64,000 bases of DNA from an uncultured Verrucomicrobiae bacterium (GTDB taxonomy: Bacteria > Verrucomicrobiota > Verrucomicrobiia > Chthoniobacterales > Chthoniobacteraceae). This document shows positions 57,408 through 64,000 of this stretch, piece after piece; position 1 is the stretch's first letter; each line of letters begins with the position of its first letter. Both the position numbers and the translations under genes were made by a program. Under the pieces are notes generated by a model. That model saw only the letters and a program-made list of their open reading frames with translations, had not been told where the DNA came from and made no database searches. Where the stretch lies: contig CAVYKI010000006.1 in the NCBI GenBank assembly GCA_963769025.1, forward strand, positions 96,001-160,000. Reading direction: 5' to 3'.

Positions 57408-59626
57408 TCAGTGGCGGAAGAGGAATTCCTTCGCGTTCAGCAGCGCCCAGGCGACGTCTTCGAGCGCGCGGCGCTTGTCCTTGTTGGAAGCCATGTGTGA
57501 TTTTGCACGCTCCATCTCCGTGGCGGAGGGCTCGCGTGAGAGGGCCGCGAGATAAAGCTCGGTGATGATTTCCGCGTCCGGTCGCGTGGTTGCGAGCAGG
57601 GCGCCGATGCGGTTGTCCTTCCGTGTGAGCAGTTCGTGGATCACCGGGCCGCTGAGGAGCTGAAAGGCCTGTGCGACGGTCGGTTCGTTCGTGCGCTCGC
57701 AATCACTGGCGATGAGGCGCGGCGGCTTGCCGAAGGCGAGCGCGAAGCGATCGAGGTTCGTCTTGATCGGGTGGTAGTGCTTTCGACCCTCGGGAATCTC
57801 TGCGAGCCGCGCGGCCTTCGGCCAATCGGGAATCTGCAGCGGTGCGGCGAGCGCGGTGCTCATGGAGTCGAGGATCTGCTCCGCGCCGAGCCGTCGGATG
57901 AGCGCGTGGGAATAATTCGCCTCGTCGTCCATGGTCGCCGCCGTCGCTCGCGAGCTGGTAGGTGCGCGAGGCCATGATGGTGCGGATGGCGTGCCGCAGG
58001 TCGTAGCCGTGCGCGGCGAAATCCTTCGTGAGCGCATCGAGCAGCTCGGGATGCGTCGGCGGATTGCTGGCGCGGAAATCGTCCACCGGGTCCACGATGC
58101 CGCGTCCCATGAGCTGCACCCAGATGCGGTTCACCTGCGTCCGCGCGAACATCGGCGAACGCGAAATCCAGTCCGCGAGCGCCTGGAGTTCGTCGCGCTC
58201 CGGTGCGGTCTTCGGCGTTTCGCCGCCGAGGAATCGCGGCCTGTGCCCGCTGCCCGGTGCGCGGGTTCGGCACGCCGGGCGTGCCGGCCTTCATCAGCAC
58301 GATCTGCTCGCCCTTGAACTCGCGCGTGTCGCTCTTGTCCCGCTTCTTGTTCTCCACGATCTTGTAGTCCACGCGGGAGAAGAGGCTCGTCCAGTCGTAG
58401 TAGTCGTCCTGCGTCCAGCGCTCGAACGGGTGGTTGTGGCACTGCGCGCAGTTGAGCTGCGTGCCGAGGAAAACGCGCGCGGTGTTCTCGGCGCGCGTCA
58501 CGGGATCGCGGTTCGCGCGCCACCAGTTCGCCGGCGGATTGGTGTAGGTGCTGCCGCGCGCGGCGACGAGTTCGCGGGCGAACTGATCGAGCGGCTTGTT
58601 CGCCGCGATGGCGTCGCGAATCCAGCCGTGGAAAACCGCCATCCCCTGGCTGTCGAGCTGACGCTCCTCGATCTTCAGCAGGTCCGCCCACTTCAGCGCC
58701 CAGAACGTCGCAAAGTCCCCGCGCTGCATGAGCGAGTCCACGAGCTTCGCGCGCTTGTGCCGGTTCGGCGCTGCGAGTCGCGTCGGCGAAAATGCGCGCA
58801 CTGCCTCCGGCGTCGGCACGATGCCGAGCAGGTCGAGATACGCGCGGCGGAGGAACGTCGCATCGTCGCACAGCCCGGCGGGATTCATCCGCAGCGTGCG
58901 CAGCTTTTTGAAGACGTGCTCGTCGATGAAATTGGCCGCCGGCGGATTGCTCCACGTGAACTCCGGTCGCGCCGGCGCGAACGCCAGGCTGACCGGCACC
59001 TGCTGGTGGAGGAAGCGCACGAGCACGTTGGTCTCTCCGAATTGCTCGCGCGTGACCGTGCCGTCCACGCTCACCTTCACGCCGAGATTGTTCGGCTCGA
59101 AGACCGTGAGCCGCGTCACATCCCGCTTCGTGCCGTCGGAAAATGTGGCGACCGCCTTGAGCTGCGCCGTGTCCGCCGGCTCCACGAGCACCTCCGCCCT
59201 CGGCGTGACATCCAGTTTCGTCAGCCGCAGCGCCGCGCCGGAGTCGGGCGCGCCGTCGCGGATCCAGCGCAGGAAAATGTCGTATTCCGGCGAAGCCACG
59301 TCGAACCGCTTGCCGCCCTCGTGGGCGACAATGCCCGTGGCTTTCAGCAGCGCGAGGCTCTGCTCGGGCTCGACCATGTTCACGCGGCGCCCGCCTTGCT
59401 CACGCGCGAGCGCCTGCCAGTCGAGGTCCGGGTCCTGCCCGCGCAGCGAGAGCTTGAAGGCGCCCTTGCCGACCGCATTTCCGTGGCACGTGCCCGCGTT
59501 GCAGCCCGCCTTGCTCAGCACCGCCATGACATCCGTGCGGAAATCCACGCCCGCGCCGGGCGCCGGAGCGCAGAGCACGGCCGCGAGCAGCGATGCGCGC
59601 AGGAGGTTTGGGAAAAGGGGAGTCAT
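57408..59626 (-). CDS. DUF1549/DUF1553 (PSCyt2/PSD1) protein with Ig-like domain, frameshifted
   Basis: GCNAGTCHG, FLRRAYLDLLG, CAQCHNHPFERWTQDDY, VNRIW..MGRGIVDPVDD, WALLNAKEFLFRH. Confidence 0.9.
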
Positions 59627-59684
59627 TCGGAGGCAATCAAAGAACCCCCGGCCCGAGGCAAAGGCTAGGGAGAATGTTTCGCTC

Positions 59685-59774
59685 GTAGCCGCCGACGCAG
59701 GAGGCGGGCTGATTTGCAAATTCGCTCGCGCCGTCCGTGGTCGAAAATGCCCGCATTCTGCCGTCGGCGGCTCC
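59685..59774. repeat. GTAG-type REP-like inverted doublet
   Basis: Left arm gtagccgccgacgcaggaggcggg; reverse complement of the right arm ggagccgccgacggcagaatgcggg. Confidence 0.7.
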
Positions 59775-59831
59775 ATGCTTTCTCCTTTCCACGCGGCGCC
59801 GCCCGTGGAGAGTCGCACGACTTCCGGAACC

Positions 59832-60251
59832 GTGAACAAACGCTATCCAATCTGGCTCATCCGCGCTTCGTGGCTCGCGGTCATTCTCTGGGCCTCGACG
59901 ATCTTTTACCTCAGCTCCCTGAGCGGGCCGGACATCGAGAAAATCGGCATCCACCTTTGGGACAAGGCCGCGCATTTTCTCGCATTCTTCAGCGGCGCCG
60001 TGGTGCTCACCTGCGCGCTCCGCTTCTCGACCGGCTGGACTTGGTTGCGGATCGGTCTTGTCGGCACCCTCGCCATCGCGGCGTATGGCGCATCCGATGA
60101 ATACCACCAGCTTTACATCCCGCGCCGCTCGGGCGGCGATGTCCTGGACTGGCTTGCCGACGCGCTCGGTGGCACGTTCGGGAGCGCTTTGACCATCCTG
60201 ATTTATGCCCGCTTCCAAAGATCGCATCGCCCGGCTCCGGCGGGAAATTGA
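59832..60251 (+). CDS. VanZ-family membrane protein
   Basis: IFYLSS, WDKAAHF, YGASDEYHQLYIPRRS...DWLADALG. Confidence 0.88.
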   Translation: MNKRYPIWLIRASWLAVILWASTIFYLSSLSGPDIEKIGIHLWDKAAHFLAFFSGAVVLTCALRFSTGWTWLRIGLVGTLAIAAYGASDEYHQLYIPRRSGGDVLDWLADALGGTFGSALTILIYARFQRSHRPAPAGN

Positions 60252-62598
60252 GGACCACGACCGGCGCTACTACGTCGAGGCCCGCCCGACGATCAGCGAC
60301 GCCGCCTACGACGCGCTTTACCGCGAACTGCGCGAACTCGAGGCCGCGCACCCGGAACTCGTCACGCCCGATTCGCCGACCCAGCGCGTGGGCGGCGCTC
60401 CGTCGAAGGGCTTCAAGCAGGTGCGCCACGCGATGCCGATGCTCTCGCTGGAGAAAATCGAGCCGCCGACGCTCACGGGCGCGGATGCAGAGCTGGAATT
60501 TTCCAAGCGCGTGCGACTGCAGGACGAACGCACCGTCGAGGAATTGAGGTGGTTTGATCAGACGATCCGCAAACAGCTCGGTGCGGAGAAAGTCGGCTAC
60601 GTGATGGAGCCGAAGGTGGATGGTGTCTCGATTTCCGTCCACTACCGCGACGGTCTGCTCGCGCTCGGCGTCACGCGCGGCGACGGTACGACGGGCGACG
60701 ACATCACCGCGAATCTCCGCGCGGTGAAGGCCATCCCGCTGCGGCTCGACATGCCGAATCCCCCTGCGCTGCTCGAAGTCCGCGGCGAGGCGTACATGCC
60801 GGTGAAGGAATTCGAGGCCATGAACGCCGCGCTGGAAGCCGCGGGCGAGAAGACGCTGCCGAATGCGCGCAACGCCACGGCGGGCACGCTCAAGCAGCTC
60901 GACTCCGCCGCCGTCGCGAAGCGCCCCGTGCGCGCCGTCTTCTACGCCGTCGGCGCGCTCGACGGGATCAGTTTTGCCACGCACGGCGACACGCTGCGCG
61001 CGCTGAAAAAGTTCGGCCTGCCGGTTCAGGAAGTGTGGTGGGAATGCGCCGACATGGAGGAAGTCATCGGCCGCTATCAGAAGGATGTCGTCAGCGATTA
61101 CGACGAGTCGCGCGACCTGCGGACCAAGCTCCATTACGAGATCGACGGCATCGTGATCAAAGTGAACGACCGAGCCGCGTGGGAACGCATCCCCGCGAAG
61201 GCGAAGGCGCCGGGCTACGCGATCGTCCACAAGCCGGTGCCATGGATTTCCGGCGCAATCACGGAGCTGCTCGGCATCACGATCCAAGTCGGACGCACCG
61301 GCGTGCTCACGCCCGTCGCCGAGCTGAAGCCCGTCTTCGTGCAAGGCTCCACCGTCTCTCGCGCGACGCTGCACAACGACGACGAAATCAAGCGCAAGGA
61401 CATCCGCATCGGCGACACCGTGATCATCCGCAAGGCCGGCATGGTCATCCCCGAGGTGCTGGAAGTGCTAAAGTCGAAGCGTCCCGATTCGGCAAAGCCG
61501 TTCGATCTTTCCGAATACGTCGGCGGAAAATGCCCCGCGTGCGGCGGGCCGATTTCCCGGTTGCAGGTTTCGACAGGCAAAAAGACGGAAGTCGCATGGC
61601 GCTGCGACAACATCGCCGGTTGCCCTGCTCAACTCGTGCGCCGCGTTGAGTTCTTCGGCCAGCGCAGCGCGCTCGACATCGAGGGCGTCGGCGGGGTCGT
61701 CGCAGAAAAGCTCGTCGAACGGGGGTTGGTGAAGTCGCCTCTTGATCTCTTCGACTTGCGGCTCGAACAACTCGCGAAGCTGAATCTCGGCACCGACGAC
61801 GAGCCGCGCATCTTCGGCGAGAAGAATGCCACGAAAGTCATCGAAGGAATCCAGCGCGCAAAGACGCAACCGCTCGCGCGCTGGCTGCACGCGCTTGCGA
61901 TTCCCGAAATCGGCGCGGAGACGGCGCATGACCTTGCGAAGTTTCACGGCGATCTTGAAGCCGTCGCGACTTCGGCAGTGCTGCGAGACGTGGTGGAGTT
62001 GGATCGCTTGAATGCTGAAGCCTTGCGGTTCAGTCCTCAGACTATAGCCAATAAATCAAAGCCGACTGATGAGAAAGTGAGGATGCGCAAGACTTGCGAT
62101 GAACTGAGAGCGAAAGCTGATGTTGTAGGCAGTCGTTTGGTGAGTTCGGGTTTTGCAAGTCTTGCGAAAGGTCCCTCAAAACATGCACGAGATGTTATCA
62201 CCGTTGTCGGGCCAGTTGCCGCCCGTGCAGTCGTAGTTTGGTCTGAGAGCAAAGTCGGACGCGATGTTCTAAAGCGATTTGGCCAACTCGGCATACGTCC
62301 TGTCGGCGGCGCTTCGTCGGAAGTTGATTCACCGTTTACTGGCAAGACATGCGTGCTCACCGGCACACTGGAAACAATGAGCCGCGGCGAGGCGCAGGAG
62401 AGGATTCGCGCACTCGGCGGCAATGTGAGCAGCAGTGTGAGCAATAAGACCGATTTCGTCATTGCTGGTCCCGGTGCGGGAACAAAACTCGATGAGGCGC
62501 GAGAACTCGGAGTACGCATTCTGGATGAACCGGAGTTCTTGAAGCTACTTGGGACGAATCCGGTGAAATCTAATCGTCCTCAAGGTGAACTTTTTTGA
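60205..62598 (+). CDS. ligA: NAD-dependent DNA ligase
   Basis: YY...ISDAAYD, EPKVDG, EVRGEAY, QVGRTG, zinc finger, HhH motifs, BRCT (VLTGTL). Confidence 0.97.
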   Translation: MPASKDRIARLRREIEDHDRRYYVEARPTISDAAYDALYRELRELEAAHPELVTPDSPTQRVGGAPSKGFKQVRHAMPMLSLEKIEPPTLTGADAELEFSKRVRLQDERTVEELRWFDQTIRKQLGAEKVGYVMEPKVDGVSISVHYRDGLLALGVTRGDGTTGDDITANLRAVKAIPLRLDMPNPPALLEVRGEAYMPVKEFEAMNAALEAAGEKTLPNARNATAGTLKQLDSAAVAKRPVRAVFYAVGALDGISFATHGDTLRALKKFGLPVQEVWWECADMEEVIGRYQKDVVSDYDESRDLRTKLHYEIDGIVIKVNDRAAWERIPAKAKAPGYAIVHKPVPWISGAITELLGITIQVGRTGVLTPVAELKPVFVQGSTVSRATLHNDDEIKRKDIRIGDTVIIRKAGMVIPEVLEVLKSKRPDSAKPFDLSEYVGGKCPACGGPISRLQVSTGKKTEVAWRCDNIAGCPAQLVRRVEFFGQRSALDIEGVGGVVAEKLVERGLVKSPLDLFDLRLEQLAKLNLGTDDEPRIFGEKNATKVIEGIQRAKTQPLARWLHALAIPEIGAETAHDLAKFHGDLEAVATSAVLRDVVELDRLNAEALRFSPQTIANKSKPTDEKVRMRKTCDELRAKADVVGSRLVSSGFASLAKGPSKHARDVITVVGPVAARAVVVWSESKVGRDVLKRFGQLGIRPVGGASSEVDSPFTGKTCVLTGTLETMSRGEAQERIRALGGNVSSSVSNKTDFVIAGPGAGTKLDEARELGVRILDEPEFLKLLGTNPVKSNRPQGELF

Positions 62599-62616
62599 TA
62601 TGGGCCTGATCTACTT

Positions 62617-62982
62617 ATGAAACTCGTTATTCTGGTGAAAAGCAGCAGCGGCGATCCATACCGCGTGAACATCGACGGTGATGAGAGCGGCATCCGGATT
62701 TTCTGCCATTGTCCCGCGGGTAGTCTTACTCAGCTCTGCAAGCATAAGGTAGCAATAGCCAAAGGCGATTCGACGATGATTGCTGATCCTGGGCAGGGAG
62801 AGGCACTTCGCGAAATGCAGAGTTCGCCATTCTACCCAGCGCTGAAGGCACGGGCAGAAAGCTACGAGGCAGCAATGTCGCTCTTGGAAAAGCGGAAAGC
62901 CGAAATCCAAAAAGAAGAGAAGGCGTTGAAGGCGCAGTTCGCCCGAGAGCTCCTGCGTGGAACAAGGACGCCCGAGAGCTGA
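62617..62982 (+). CDS. SWIM zinc-finger protein with C-terminal coiled coil
   Basis: SSSGDPYRV...CHCPAG....CKH, the CxC-xn-CxH pattern. Confidence 0.75.
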   Translation: MKLVILVKSSSGDPYRVNIDGDESGIRIFCHCPAGSLTQLCKHKVAIAKGDSTMIADPGQGEALREMQSSPFYPALKARAESYEAAMSLLEKRKAEIQKEEKALKAQFARELLRGTRTPES

Positions 62983-63078
62983 GGCTGAAGTTCCAGTGGG
63001 TTCATGCGGCAGCCCAATTTGAACCGGGAATGGTGGAGTTCACTTTGCGTGTGGGCTGCGAGCGTGTAGAGCGCAGCG

Positions 63079-64000
63079 GTGCCGAAGTCTGACCTTCCCA
63101 TTTACGAACTCGAATCCGCCGTTGTGGACGCGCTCACGGCGGACAACCGGCTCATCCTGCAGGCGCCGACTGGGTCGGGGAAATCCACGCAGATTCCGCA
63201 GATCCTGCTCGACCGCGGGCTTGGGGGGAACGGGCAGATCATCGTGTTGCAGCCGCGGCGGCTCGCGACGCGGATGCTTGCGGCTCGCGTGGCGAGCGAG
63301 CGCGGGCAGCGGCTCGGGGATGAGGTGGGTTACCAGATCCGGCTCGATCGCGTGGCGTCGGATCGCACGCGGATTCTGTTCGTCACCGAGGGCGTGCTGC
63401 TGCGGCGGATGCTGAACGATCCGAATCTGCGCGGCGTTTCGGCGATCCTTTTCGACGAGTTTCACGAGAGGCACCTTTACGGCGACATCACGCTGGCGCG
63501 TGCGCTGGGGCTTCAGGAAAAGCAGCGGCCCGACCTGAAGCTTGTGGTGATGTCTGCGACGCTCGAAACGGGCGTGCTGGAGAAATACCTCGCACCGAGC
63601 CGGACGCTCACGAGTGCGGGGCGGACGTTTCCGGTCGAGATGGAATACCTCGAACGCTCCATTCGCGCGGATGAATTCCCGGTGTGGGATGCGGCGGCGA
63701 ACGAACTTGAGAACCTCGCGCCGCGCACGAGCGGCGACGTGCTCATCTTCATGCCGGGGGCTTACGAAATCTCGCGCACGATTTCGGCGGTTCGCGCATC
63801 TGCAGTGGGACGGGATTTCATCGTGCTGCCGTTGCACGGCGAGCTGCCGGCGAATGAGCAGGACGCGGCGGTCGCGCGGTATGAGCAGCGGAAGGTGATC
63901 GTGAGCACGAATGTCGCGGAGACTTCGCTGACGATTGATGGCGTGCGCGTCGTCATCGACAGCGGGTTGGCGCGCATCGCGCGGTTCGATCCGAACCGGG
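63079..64000 (+). CDS. hrpB: ATP-dependent DEAH helicase, runs off the window end
   Basis: Read by hand (absent from the ORF track): LPIYE...APTGSGKSTQ, QPRRLA, TEGVLLR, FDEFHER, MSAT, STNVAETSLTIDG. Confidence 0.92.
   Translation, partial: MPKSDLPIYELESAVVDALTADNRLILQAPTGSGKSTQIPQILLDRGLGGNGQIIVLQPRRLATRMLAARVASERGQRLGDEVGYQIRLDRVASDRTRILFVTEGVLLRRMLNDPNLRGVSAILFDEFHERHLYGDITLARALGLQEKQRPDLKLVVMSATLETGVLEKYLAPSRTLTSAGRTFPVEMEYLERSIRADEFPVWDAAANELENLAPRTSGDVLIFMPGAYEISRTISAVRASAVGRDFIVLPLHGELPANEQDAAVARYEQRKVIVSTNVAETSLTIDGVRVVIDSGLARIARFDPNR

Noticed and set aside
60205..60251. 47-bp overlap of the VanZ-family gene and ligA
   Set aside because: A short same-strand overlap is ordinary operon compaction.

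Overview
High-GC bacterial chromosome window. The gene content (PEP-CTERM protein, prepilin/H-X9-DG proteins, DUF1501/DUF1549/DUF1553, planctomycete cytochrome c-WD40) points to the PVC superphylum, most likely Verrucomicrobiota (inference). Many genes, including essential ones such as argS, are broken by single-base indels in patches, which looks like long-read consensus error rather than real pseudogenes. Coordinates of split genes are reconstructed by hand and are approximate. The backbone is housekeeping and metabolic: cusBA-like efflux, proBA, phosphosugar mutase, lnt, argS, metH, acpS-pdxJ-purH, livKHMGF-like ABC transporter, ndk, aspartate aminotransferase, folP, split pta, ligA, hrpB. 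Two loci stand out. (1) At 4.4-7.6 kb, an accessory insert carries a 21-bp/7-aa periodic ORF directly upstream of an internally duplicated helical protein with extreme C-ending codon usage, followed by a PIN toxin pair and lower-GC orphan genes. (2) At 23.9-26.0 kb, a cobalamin-riboswitch-like leader precedes a PEP-CTERM gene and an H-X9-DG pilin-like gene, a candidate non-canonical B12-responsive surface or uptake module. No rRNA, tRNA, CRISPR array or transposase was seen.
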